A stretch of 44,425 nt of DNA from a virus (lineage: Duplodnaviria > Caudoviricetes). Shown one piece after another: positions 7,686-16,405 of the stretch. The translations under genes and the position numbers were made by a program. How positions within the stretch are numbered: position 1 is the first letter of the stretch; each line of letters begins with the position of its first letter. Under the pieces are notes generated by a model. That model saw only the letters and a program-made list of their open reading frames with translations. It was not told the DNA's origin and made no database searches. The stretch is from IMG/VR virus record IMGVR_UViG_3300044713_000054, positions 1 through 44,425 of that record; one strand, given 5' to 3'.

Positions 7686-9135
7686 TGACCTGATCAACCC
7701 ATCCGCGGACATAGATGCCGCCAGCGGCGTTACTTGCCCAGAATATCGTTTGCGCCGTCTCCAAATTCAGCGAACATTGCCTATCAGTCGTGGTGGCCGC
7801 ATTGTTCACGTCGGAGCAAGGTGGCGGATTAGTTACGCTGCTGACAGCGCCATAGGCATTGCTTGGTGCAACGAGGATCGCCTCAGAGCCGCTACCGGAA
7901 GAATTATTGATGATGAGATCGGCGATAGCGGCGGTTGGCGGTATCTGCGGACTTACCGAAACCCAGGTCGGCGTAGAGATGCTCCCGGCGGTGCCGGTGA
8001 CGACCACGATCAAGCCCGGAGTATTGGTCGCGGCTACGACCTTATATTGCGCCCGCGAGCCGAGTTGCTCGACGCGATAGAGATTATCGGAGCCATCGGT
8101 GATGATCGCGCCAACCCGGCATTGCGTCGTATAGCCGGAAGGCAATGTCGGAGCGGTCGATGATGAGCTTATCAAGCCAGCCGCAGCGGAGCCATTGTCG
8201 ATAGCCCAGACGTAATACCAAGTATTTGCCCCAAGCGCCCCGCCGCCAACATCGGCGCTGAGGCCGTTGGCGCCGACTGTGGTCGCATTCACCGTCAGCG
8301 CCACAGCGGAGCGATTATAAATCAAGCCAGTTGGGGCTGTCGTCGTCAGCGACCCGGCATTGAGCGTCAGCGCCGAGTTCGTGGTGACGACCAGCTTGAA
8401 GTTGCTTGCCCCGCATAGGGGGAGCGCCACTCCGCTCGCTGATGGAATGGCGGTATTGAGCAGGATGAAGGCGTTGTTCGATGAGCTGTAGATGACGCTG
8501 ATCGGGTTGCCGGCCACGATCTCGCCGCCCGTGAGCGAGGTCAGCCCGCCTGTAGTCGCCTTCTCGATATTGATCGCGCCGAAGCCGGACGGATTGAGCG
8601 TCGTCGCCCCAGTATTGGTCGAGAGCGCCAGGAAGTTGATGATGGTGCCGTCGGTGGCGTTGAAGCCGGTATCGGTGACGGTGATGACGTTCGGCGTGCC
8701 GCCCGCGGTTGCGGCCCAGAATGTGGAATTATAGGCCGACGTGTCGGTGGTGGTGAGGTCGAAGATCAGATTGCCGGTGACAATGCCACCGACCACGGGG
8801 CCATCGAACAGCTGCTCGCGATACGATCCGACGCCGAAAATGACCGCACATCCGTTGCTGTCCAACTGCAGGGGATTTGTGTTGGCCGTGGTCTGGCTCG
8901 CGTTGGACCACGAAGTTTTTGGCGAGGTCCCCGGCGGGGTGAACAGGTTGAGCGAGCCATTGACCATCGGCTGGCCACCGTCGCCCGAAAAACACTGAGT
9001 CCCGGGAGGTAATAAAGTGGCCGCTGCTGCAACCTTTTGCGTTGACAATGCTAGGGATAAAAAGCTAGCTACCGCACAGATGGCTGAGAGAACTCCGATA
9101 AAACGGCGTGAGCGCTTTGGACGACTTGTCGTCAT
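7675..9135 (-). CDS. Tail fibre/tailspike with N-terminal particle-binding domain, preceded by a signal peptide
   Basis: ATLLPP..Q.F...G.P...G.L....PGT..PKT.W...QT..NTNP..LD..G.A.IFG.GSYR head-binding motif typical of P22-like fibres; SD GGAGGT upstream of ATG 9135. Confidence 0.8.
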   Translation of the reverse strand: MTTSRPKRSRRFIGVLSAICAVASFLSLALSTQKVAAAATLLPPGTQCFSGDGGQPMVNGSLNLFTPPGTSPKTSWSNASQTTANTNPLQLDSNGCAVIFGVGSYREQLFDGPVVGGIVTGNLIFDLTTTDTSAYNSTFWAATAGGTPNVITVTDTGFNATDGTIINFLALSTNTGATTLNPSGFGAINIEKATTGGLTSLTGGEIVAGNPISVIYSSSNNAFILLNTAIPSASGVALPLCGASNFKLVVTTNSALTLNAGSLTTTAPTGLIYNRSAVALTVNATTVGANGLSADVGGGALGANTWYYVWAIDNGSAAAGLISSSSTAPTLPSGYTTQCRVGAIITDGSDNLYRVEQLGSRAQYKVVAATNTPGLIVVVTGTAGSISTPTWVSVSPQIPPTAAIADLIINNSSGSGSEAILVAPSNAYGAVSSVTNPPPCSDVNNAATTTDRQCSLNLETAQTIFWASNAAGGIYVRGWVDQVNAN

Positions 9136-9634
9136 AAAGCAGGCACCTCCACGTTACACTCCGAACGGCCGTTGCATTTACCGTGTGCTGGCTAAATGCG
9201 ACTGCGGCAACAAGGTTATCGTGTACGAGAACAAGTTGCGAACTGGCATGACTCGATCATGCAGCTGTTATCGAACCGAGAAATCCACCGAACGGCTTCT
9301 AGGCTTTAATACGAAGCACGGCCATACATGGAAGGGCGGGTCTTCCCCCACCTATCTCTCGTGGCAGGGCATGGTCGCCCGCTGCACAAATCCGTCGAGC
9401 CCTGCATGGAAGTGGTATGGCGGCCGCGGCATCAGGGTTTGTCGCCGCTGGCGCTCCTTTGAGAACTTCTTGGCGGATATGGGCGAGCGGCCGCATGGAT
9501 TAACCCTAGAACGACGAAATAACGATGGGGGCTATAAACCTAGCAATTGCTGCTGGGCCACGCGGTCGCAACAGGCACGCAACCGACGCCCACGAGAACG
9601 CGACATATACGGCCGATTCCAACCAGGGAGGTGA
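9080..9634 (+). CDS. Free-standing HNH-type homing endonuclease
   Basis: RFGRLVV..CDCG..SCSC..HG..TY.SW..M..RC.NP..YGGRGI.VC.RW..FENFL.DMG.RP..TLER..N...Y.P.NC.WAT..QARN; opposite strand to the operon. Confidence 0.85.
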   Translation: MAERTPIKRRERFGRLVVIKQAPPRYTPNGRCIYRVLAKCDCGNKVIVYENKLRTGMTRSCSCYRTEKSTERLLGFNTKHGHTWKGGSSPTYLSWQGMVARCTNPSSPAWKWYGGRGIRVCRRWRSFENFLADMGERPHGLTLERRNNDGGYKPSNCCWATRSQQARNRRPRERDIYGRFQPGR

Positions 9635-9636
9635 CT

Positions 9637-9837
9637 ATGAGCATTGAATTCACGGTGATCTGCGACGGGTGCGCTAGGATCATCGACGCCAGCAGCAGAT
9701 CTGCCAAGGCCGCTCGCCGTATCGCAGTAGCTCAGCGCCTAATGCGAAAGTATGGGGACAAGGAACTGTGCCGTGAGTGTTGGCCTATTAAGGACCAACT
9801 CGCGTATCCGGGTCCGGTCACAACCTCTGACCTGTAA
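9637..9837 (+). CDS. Small zinc-finger protein
   Basis: CDGC...CREC; SD GGAGG; directly after the HNH gene. Confidence 0.6.
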   Translation: MSIEFTVICDGCARIIDASSRSAKAARRIAVAQRLMRKYGDKELCRECWPIKDQLAYPGPVTTSDL

Positions 9838-9851
9838 TTGCCCCTAATCGC

Positions 9852-10160
9852 TTAACTCAGCTTCCGGTACGGGTAACGGTCCTTGATGGACCTATTGAAA
9901 AATTGGCCCTTGCTGGGGGCCATCCGAAACATATCGTACATCCACTTCGGGACACCACCATAGGCATAGGTGTGCCCGGTAATGAACGTGATCAGCAATT
10001 GCCCGTTATTGTAGGCTAATGCCCGGATGGCGGAGCTATTAACAGCCCCCGTGGTCGCTAGATTGCGCCGCCAGTCGGACCCAGCTGGGACGCCGGCGAT
10101 CGGCCCGCGGTTTAATGCGGTCCTGAGAAGGTTATTGGTCCTAGATCGATCATCGGCCAT
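9852..10160 (-). CDS. KTSC domain protein
   Basis: VNSSAIRALAY..G.L.I.F..G..Y.Y.GVP...Y..F..APSKG.FFN..IK..Y. Confidence 0.85.
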   Translation of the reverse strand: MADDRSRTNNLLRTALNRGPIAGVPAGSDWRRNLATTGAVNSSAIRALAYNNGQLLITFITGHTYAYGGVPKWMYDMFRMAPSKGQFFNRSIKDRYPYRKLS

Positions 10161-10293
10161 GGGCTTATCCCCTTGACACGCTTAGAAAGTGACGCATGTG
10201 ACGCGAACTCTGCTTATCGGCGTCACGCGCGCGCGAACGTGGATAACCGAAAGTCCCGTCACAAGTGTCACGCTCTACGAACCAACGGTGAAC

Positions 10294-10539
10294 ATGTTGG
10301 CAACAGATCAAACCATCACTATTCCACTAACTGACTACGAACTTCTAATCAGGCTGATCGAGCACGATGACATGTTTATTACGTGCTCAGTATGTGGTGC
10401 ATGGCTTCATCGCGACGATCCGGCGACATGTTCTGCCGATGAGGCAAGCACATGCTGGAAAGTTGCGAGTGGCCGCCCGGAGGACCAACTCCTGTGCCGG
10501 TCTTACCGAGCCCCCGGAGGATCGATATCAAATCCTTGA
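10294..10539 (+). CDS. Hypothetical Cys-containing protein
   Basis: CSVC plus further Cys; start uncertain. Confidence 0.45.
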   Translation: MLATDQTITIPLTDYELLIRLIEHDDMFITCSVCGAWLHRDDPATCSADEASTCWKVASGRPEDQLLCRSYRAPGGSISNP

Positions 10540-10562
10540 GAGCCAAGGTCCTCCCTCATGGG

Positions 10563-11609
10563 CTACTCCGAGAAACTATTCAGCAGGTTCTTGCCGTATT
10601 GATAGGCGGCCTCGCCGTGATTGTAGGCTTCCGTACCGATTGCGGTGCCGATGGCCGGAGCCGTAATTGGCCATGTACTGCGAATTAGGGATGCGACGCC
10701 TTGAGCGGCTGGCGAAGCCATGATGGGAGCCGCTGCGGCACGAACCACTGGAGCGGCTAACTTTACGCCACCCCCGACAAGTGCACCAACTCCGGGAAGA
10801 AGCGCCATGCCTGCTTCTACCGGATTCTGCTGAGCCCAATTCATCACAGGACCGAAGAACCTTTGCGCCTTGGCCGCGTTCGCTGCTTCCGGCGTCGAGA
10901 TATCGATTGACGTCCCAGTTTGGAACCGGGTCGGATTATCCGGCATCCCGAATAGCCGAGCGAGGGGACTTGCTGGCGGGTTGGCCGTCATCGGATGCAC
11001 GTCTTGCGACGCCAGCGCATCGAAATCGGAACTTACCCGTGAGTTCGAGGTCGATATCGCCGCCCGCCGCTGTTCCAGGAACTTAGCCGCGGCGTCGTCA
11101 TCGGCGTTGGTCGGTTCCGGGGCCGAGGTCGCGGCACGCCGGTTCTCCAGGAACTGGGCGGCTGCGGCGTCGTCCGGGGATGGCCCGCCCGTAGGCGCGT
11201 TCGTGGCGAAGAACGTATGGGCCCCGATCTTCGTACCCGCACCCACGGCCCCCGCTGGCTTGCCTGGGGCCACATCCTGGTTCCGGTAGTAGGTGGCCCC
11301 GTTGGTGGGGTCCGGGATGGAACCCTGGGTGGCTCCCTCCACGACCTGCCGGGCCTGCTGGTAGGCCGGGGAACTCGGGTCGACCTTGTACGGGCTGTTG
11401 TTGGTGGTTCCCAACGGGGTGAACTGGTAACCGCCGCCCTTGGTCCGGGCCTTGAGCACGTCCTGCATGGAACCGCCGAAGTCGCCGGAGGCGTAGCGGT
11501 TGAGCATGACATGGGCGATGGCTGCCTGCTCGGCGGGGTCGGCCTTGTTGTTCTCGGCGACCACGAGCCGGGTCATCAGGTCGATATCATCTGGTCTTAG
11601 CGGCTGCAT
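10563..11609 (-). CDS. Internal virion/ejection protein with N-terminal cell-wall hydrolase (SleB/Hydrolase_2) domain
   Basis: LMTRLVVAE..EQAAIAHVMLNR..YQF...DPTNGATYY...IGAHTFF. Confidence 0.8.
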   Translation of the reverse strand: MQPLRPDDIDLMTRLVVAENNKADPAEQAAIAHVMLNRYASGDFGGSMQDVLKARTKGGGYQFTPLGTTNNSPYKVDPSSPAYQQARQVVEGATQGSIPDPTNGATYYRNQDVAPGKPAGAVGAGTKIGAHTFFATNAPTGGPSPDDAAAAQFLENRRAATSAPEPTNADDDAAAKFLEQRRAAISTSNSRVSSDFDALASQDVHPMTANPPASPLARLFGMPDNPTRFQTGTSIDISTPEAANAAKAQRFFGPVMNWAQQNPVEAGMALLPGVGALVGGGVKLAAPVVRAAAAPIMASPAAQGVASLIRSTWPITAPAIGTAIGTEAYNHGEAAYQYGKNLLNSFSE

Positions 11610-11770
11610 TTCTTCGGACGCGGCTTCCTGGCTTTCACAATACTGGCGCGATATTCCAAGCCTTCGGCATAGCTATATGCACCACGCTTCACTAGAGAAT
11701 TCATTGATCGATAGAGACCGGGACCATAAGGCGGTCGCCGCCCAGTTGTTCTGTTAATGCGAAGGCTCAT
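11597..11770 (-). CDS. Small basic protein, 57 aa (MSLRINRTTG...)
   Basis: Read by hand; ATGA overlap upstream and overlap downstream. Confidence 0.4.
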   Translation of the reverse strand: MSLRINRTTGRRPPYGPGLYRSMNSLVKRGAYSYAEGLEYRASIVKARKPRPKKCSR

Positions 11771-13086
11771 GGTCCATTCCCCGGCCCGGTCCAGCCGCGC
11801 TGCTCATAGTCGCGCACGTTACCGGCGAAACGGGCCAGTTCGCCCTTGCGGCTCATCTGCGCCTGGAACTTGGCCTGCTCCTCCGGGGCCATGCGCTCGT
11901 ACTGGAACACGCGAGGATCGAACGAGCGGACATCGAAGCCACCTTGCGACTGCGGCGCATAGAGCCAGTTCTGATAGTCCTGCTCGCGACCGGGATTGGC
12001 TTGCAGGTACTTGCTCCATTCCGATTGCATGAGGCTCTGCGCATCCACGTTGCCTTGCAGCCAGTGGGTGATGCCGGAGCGGCCGAGCTTGGACAGTTCA
12101 AGGTTTGGGTTCGAGCCGTAGGCGTTGTTGAGATAGGCGTCCGTGCCGTGGCTCTGCGCCGCCATGTTGCCGACCAGCGTCTCGGCGATTTTGGCGTATT
12201 CTTCCGAAGAGGACAGCTGATCCTTGGTCAGCGTGCCGGTGTAGCCGTAGCGCTGGGCGAACTGCGAGACGCGCTTGTCGAAGCCTGCGGTCGGTCCGGT
12301 GGTCGCCTCCCGGCTGAGATTGTCCAGCTCCGACAGCATGGTCTTTTGCTGCTGGATCTGCGGCGCACCGTCGCGAAGCGCAACGCCTTCCTTGGCGTAG
12401 GTCTCCATGGCACCCGTAGCCCCGGCCGGGAGCGTGCTGTAGCCCACGCCGCCTGCACCGGGAAGCGCCGAACCGCCGGCGCCCTGGCCGTTGAGCCCGA
12501 GATTGGCGCGGTTCTGGATCGCCGCCGGCACCTGCGTCGTGCCGCCGCTCGGATTGGGCACCGCCGTGGTCGGCATGCCCGCCCCGCCATAGCGCGTGTT
12601 GTAGAGGTCCGTGAGCGCGCTCAAGAGCGGCTTGCCATCCGGCGGCATGTTGGCCGTCAGCTTCGTGAGCGTTGGGATCATCTGCGGGTCGTAGCGCGAC
12701 AGCACCGGGATGAGCGGCAGCACGTCGCTGCCTTTGACGTTCGGGCCGTGGCCGATCAGCGACAGGAGCGCGTCAGAAGCCGTCTGCACCCGCTGCGTAT
12801 TGAGGCCGAGTTGCGCCGTGTTGGCGCTAGAAATGCCCTGCAGCGCGCCCGGGGTAACGATGCTGCGCGGGTCCTGTACGAAGCTCTGCTGCGCCTTGGC
12901 GAAGTCGACGTTCGTAGGGTCGTTCGGATCGGCTGCACCCTTGAGCGCGTCGCTCAATGAAGTCTGCGTATTGTACTCGCGGGTCCGCTGCGCCAGCCCG
13001 ATGAGGTCGCTGAGACTCATGCTGCCGACGCCGGGCGGCGGGGCCAACCGCGAATAAACGCTCATGTCCGGCTGGAGATCAGGCAT
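11767..13086 (-). CDS. Internal virion/DNA ejection protein (P22 gp20-like position)
   Basis: 439 aa, helical, Gln/Ala-rich; position in the ejection cluster. Confidence 0.6.
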   Translation of the reverse strand: MPDLQPDMSVYSRLAPPPGVGSMSLSDLIGLAQRTREYNTQTSLSDALKGAADPNDPTNVDFAKAQQSFVQDPRSIVTPGALQGISSANTAQLGLNTQRVQTASDALLSLIGHGPNVKGSDVLPLIPVLSRYDPQMIPTLTKLTANMPPDGKPLLSALTDLYNTRYGGAGMPTTAVPNPSGGTTQVPAAIQNRANLGLNGQGAGGSALPGAGGVGYSTLPAGATGAMETYAKEGVALRDGAPQIQQQKTMLSELDNLSREATTGPTAGFDKRVSQFAQRYGYTGTLTKDQLSSSEEYAKIAETLVGNMAAQSHGTDAYLNNAYGSNPNLELSKLGRSGITHWLQGNVDAQSLMQSEWSKYLQANPGREQDYQNWLYAPQSQGGFDVRSFDPRVFQYERMAPEEQAKFQAQMSRKGELARFAGNVRDYEQRGWTGPGNGP

Positions 13087-13089
13087 TGG

Positions 13090-13728
13090 TCACCGCATCG
13101 GGATGGCGTTCGACGATGGTGCGCCCACCGGCTTGCGCGGTGCCGCCGCCTTATAGCGATTGGCGATATTGCTCATCATGTCGAGATGATTGTTGGCCAG
13201 CGGGCCACCGGACGGCGATGGCGGCAGATTGGCCTGCTCGGTCGCCCAGTCGCTATTCGCCGGAGTGCCCATCGCGTGATGCGCCAGCATGATCTGCATG
13301 GCCTGCTCGTCTTGCTGGACGTGCTTGGTGAGCCACTGCTTCTGCTCCAGCGGATCGCTGGGGAAGGTCTTGAGCAAGGACAGCACCTGCGGCAGCGTGC
13401 AATAGCCGTCCCCCATAAGGTCCGCGGTGGCGTCGTAGAACTTGGTGCGCAGGCTTTGCGTCCCCGCACCCGGATCGGCGAGCATCTCCTTCCAGCGCTT
13501 GTCGAACGCCGTGATGTGCTGCAGCGCGGCCACGGTCTCGGCATGTGTCGGGGGCGGGGGTGGTTGCGGCGCACTGGCCTGCGGGATGCCGCCCGGAGAT
13601 GCAGGCGCGGCACCCCCGGGCTGCGCGAAGGCCTGCGCCGACGACATATCGCCAGTGCCGCTCGAGCCTTGCGGCGGCGAAGCCCCGGACTGCGAGGGTT
13701 GCTGGATGATCGAGGAAACGCCGGTCAT
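13090..13728 (-). CDS. Putative virion protein, Pro-rich N-terminus
   Basis: ATG 13728; conserved-looking PPP.H.ETVAAL.H motif; lies within the ejection cluster. Confidence 0.6.
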   Translation of the reverse strand: MTGVSSIIQQPSQSGASPPQGSSGTGDMSSAQAFAQPGGAAPASPGGIPQASAPQPPPPPTHAETVAALQHITAFDKRWKEMLADPGAGTQSLRTKFYDATADLMGDGYCTLPQVLSLLKTFPSDPLEQKQWLTKHVQQDEQAMQIMLAHHAMGTPANSDWATEQANLPPSPSGGPLANNHLDMMSNIANRYKAAAPRKPVGAPSSNAIPMR

Positions 13729-13736
13729 GCGGCCTG

Positions 13737-14408
13737 CTACTGCTGCGGTTGCATGAATAGGTTCTGGCTCTGGGTATAGTTCACCGGCTGCGCCGCCACG
13801 TTGGAATTGGCCGGCGGCGTCGCCCAAGAGCTGTTCGAGTTCGGATTGCCGCTAATCAGGCTGCGCAACAGCGCGAGATTGCCGATGCTACCGAGTGCAC
13901 CGGAAGCGGCATTGGCTGTCGTACTGGCCGCGCCAGCGCCGGCATTGCCGATGCCGACCTGGGCACTAGAGATCGCGTTCGCCGCGCTGTTGGCCGAACT
14001 CGCCCCCTGTTGGTAAATTTGCATTAGCGGATTAACGATGCTGCCGAAGGCGTTCTGTGCGGTGCCCGTGGCATAGTTCGCGGCGGCCGCCTGCACGTTG
14101 CCGCCGAGGCCGCGCGTGGTGCCCGTCGCGTTGACGCCCTGCAGGCCCTGGCTGAGCAGGAACTGGTAACCGGGAATTTGGCTCAAAGCCTGTGTCTGGT
14201 TCGGTCCAGGCGTAAGCAATTGTTCCAATGTGGGCAACACAGTAGTCGAAGCATTGACGAACGGTTGCTCGTATTGCTGCTGCGTCGCGATAGCGGCCTG
14301 CTCGGCACTCACCTGCTTGCTCGCCGCCTGGTTGGCGCCATACGCCGAGATCGCCGCCCCGCCGAGCGCCGCGCCTCCGGCGATGACCGCAGCTGCTATG
14401 AAAGACAT
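13737..14408 (-). CDS. DNA transfer/ejection protein (P22 gp7-like)
   Basis: Gly/Ala-rich N-terminus, Q...QPF, PGYQF...QG, G..GGN motifs. Confidence 0.75.
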   Translation of the reverse strand: MSFIAAAVIAGGAALGGAAISAYGANQAASKQVSAEQAAIATQQQYEQPFVNASTTVLPTLEQLLTPGPNQTQALSQIPGYQFLLSQGLQGVNATGTTRGLGGNVQAAAANYATGTAQNAFGSIVNPLMQIYQQGASSANSAANAISSAQVGIGNAGAGAASTTANAASGALGSIGNLALLRSLISGNPNSNSSWATPPANSNVAAQPVNYTQSQNLFMQPQQ

Positions 14409-14851
14409 TGTGCGGCCTCCGCCTCGATGACGCGGCAGAAGTCCTGATAGTCGCGCTCGGTCTCGCAGACCAGTTCATCCTCGAGTTTCTTGATGTCGCG
14501 CTCCTGCGTGGCATGCGCCGTGACCCAGACGCTATCCTCGTGGGTGAAGCTGGCGCGCTTGAAGCCGGGCGGCGTGACTTGGATGAAGCCGGCCGAGACG
14601 CGGATAATGCGGCCATCGACCAGCGTGGAGCGCTCGCCCTTGGCCAGAATGCTGATGCACTCGTGCTTATGGATCTTGCCGACGGTGATGGCTCCCTTCG
14701 GGATCGACACGGCGCGCACGTAAAGCCCCTCGGAGAAGAAATGCGCCACCGGGATATCGACTTGCGGCAGCTTGCGCATCTCGGTCTCGAGCGCTGTCAC
14801 ATCCTGCCGGGTTACCGAAGCCGCCTCGAGCAGCGCCACAAGGCTCCTCAT
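14396..14851 (-). CDS. Cupin-like conserved phage protein
   Basis: H.FSEGLY.R...IPKG...VGKIHKH...PGFKR...HED.VW.T.H.T.E.D...LE.EL. Confidence 0.75.
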   Translation of the reverse strand: MRSLVALLEAASVTRQDVTALETEMRKLPQVDIPVAHFFSEGLYVRAVSIPKGAITVGKIHKHECISILAKGERSTLVDGRIIRVSAGFIQVTPPGFKRASFTHEDSVWVTAHATQERDIKKLEDELVCETERDYQDFCRVIEAEAAQCLS

Positions 14852-15324
14852 TTGACGCGGATGTCCATCTGCATGACGAAGAAATCGTCCGTGGACTTGT
14901 TGGTCGTGGAACACGGTTGCTTGGCGTCGGCCCACCACGCTTCGCCGGTTTTGACGCCGACCGCCTCGTCGCCGACCGCCATGGTGATGCCGGGTAGCCC
15001 GTGCAGCACCAGATGAAAGCGCGAGAACTGCGAGTTATGCGCGGTCAAGGCTTCCTGCTCTAGCCGCCCGCCCGGTTCGATCCGAATGACGCTGACCTCG
15101 CCGATCTGCACGCCGTCGACCAATTGCATCGTGGTGAGCGCCATCTTGCCGAGCGCGGTTAGCTGAGCGGCGGCGGGGTTGGCGTGATACTCGTCGCGGA
15201 TCAAAAGCCCTTTCACCTTCGGCGAGGTGTCGGTATGGCCATTGAACAGGTCCTGATGCTCCATCAGCGCGGTCATCGCGGCGATCGTCACCACGCCTTC
15301 GGTCAGTTTATAGAAATATTGCAA
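14848..15324 (-). CDS. Aspartyl/asparaginyl beta-hydroxylase-like protein, apparently degenerate
   Basis: IGEV.V.RIEPGG....RFHLVL...PG....GDE......GEAWW.D......N.S.......MDIR; HxD and distal His absent. Confidence 0.6.
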   Translation of the reverse strand: MQYFYKLTEGVVTIAAMTALMEHQDLFNGHTDTSPKVKGLLIRDEYHANPAAAQLTALGKMALTTMQLVDGVQIGEVSVIRIEPGGRLEQEALTAHNSQFSRFHLVLHGLPGITMAVGDEAVGVKTGEAWWADAKQPCSTTNKSTDDFFVMQMDIRVK

Positions 15325-15333
15325 GCAAGCCCC

Positions 15334-15780
15334 CTAGCCCAAAACCAGTGTCCGGTAGAACGAACCGCCCGTCGTCAGCAGCTTCGTGCAGGTGAATACC
15401 TGAGTTTTGCCGTTGGCGAGTACGTATGGCGCATTGACCGCTTCCGCATTGATCTGGCCGGTGAGTGCCGGATAGACGTTCAGATTGCCGCCGATGCCGT
15501 TATAGACCCATTGCTGCTGGCCCGGCTGCAACGCAGCGAGCAATACGCCACCGTTGCCGGTCAAGATCTCGTTGTAGTCGACCGTAAGTGGCAGCGCCGC
15601 GCTCTGGGTCGCACCCTGCGCCACCAGAGCCGCCCCGACCTGGAACGGATAGCCGGACGCCATCCCGGTGCGGTTGAACAGATTGCGGATCAGGAAGAAG
15701 AACTTGTTGCTGAGCGAGCCGTCGGGATTAACGCTCTGGTCCTTCTGCGATATTAGCTGAATCGGATACGGAGGGATCAT
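15334..15780 (-). CDS. Tail needle/plug protein (gp26-like position) with C-terminal beta domain
   Basis: V.PDG.LS...FF.I..LFNRTG N-terminus; follows the gp10-like gene. Confidence 0.55.
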   Translation of the reverse strand: MIPPYPIQLISQKDQSVNPDGSLSNKFFFLIRNLFNRTGMASGYPFQVGAALVAQGATQSAALPLTVDYNEILTGNGGVLLAALQPGQQQWVYNGIGGNLNVYPALTGQINAEAVNAPYVLANGKTQVFTCTKLLTTGGSFYRTLVLG

Positions 15781-15899
15781 GCAAACGCCCTGACTTCGAC
15801 AACACGCACGTTATCGCCGATGGTCGGCAGGACGATCGCATAGTGCCACTGACCGGCTTCATCATCAAACCGGCGCATCATTTCGTAATGTCGGCTCAT
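15777..15899 (-). CDS. Hypothetical protein, 40 aa
   Basis: ATGA overlaps on both sides. Confidence 0.45.
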   Translation of the reverse strand: MSRHYEMMRRFDDEAGQWHYAIVLPTIGDNVRVVEVRAFA

Positions 15900-16405
15900 T
15901 CATAACCTACAGGCACATCTTTGAAAGACGAAACTTCGATAGGATCGCCTCTCGTATTCCGAATGATGACGCCATCGTGGCCCAACTTTTGTAGTTCTCG
16001 CCTGTAGCTAGACGCTTCCTGCTTTAATTCTCCGGCGCGGTCATTCCACTTTTCGCCTGGCAGTGACCGTCCTTCCGCATCCTTGTGCGGCGATTGGTAA
16101 TACTGGAATAGCGAAGTCGGCATCTCGTAAGGCTTGGATAGCTTTAAGTCTGCCGGATACACCCGACCATTACCTGCATATCTCTTGGCTTCAGTAGGCG
16201 ACGGGCTAAAGAACGCGCCAAATTGCGATGTGGCATTGTCATATTGGCGTTCTTCGGGGAATGCTTTGATCTTCCCTAGGTCGCTCTGCGGACTGCCGTG
16301 GTAAACTCGCATTGAAAACGCGGCTGGCTTCTCGCCACGCATTTTCTGTGTGATGCCAGACTGAGCTGGAGCATGATTGCCGCCCTCATCCAGGTGAGCA
16401 GGCAT
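15896..16405 (-). CDS. ADP-ribosyltransferase-like (ART-PolyVal-like) domain protein
   Basis: VYHGS...G.FFS.....A..YA...VYP..L...KP...L...G.DGVII; lower GC than neighbours. Confidence 0.6.
   Translation of the reverse strand: MPAHLDEGGNHAPAQSGITQKMRGEKPAAFSMRVYHGSPQSDLGKIKAFPEERQYDNATSQFGAFFSPSPTEAKRYAGNGRVYPADLKLSKPYEMPTSLFQYYQSPHKDAEGRSLPGEKWNDRAGELKQEASSYRRELQKLGHDGVIIRNTRGDPIEVSSFKDVPVGYE

Noticed and set aside
13737-14408. Hydrophobic N-terminus of the gp7-like protein as another signal peptide
   Set aside because: It has no basic n-region; Gly/Ala-rich N-termini are normal for this ejection-protein family
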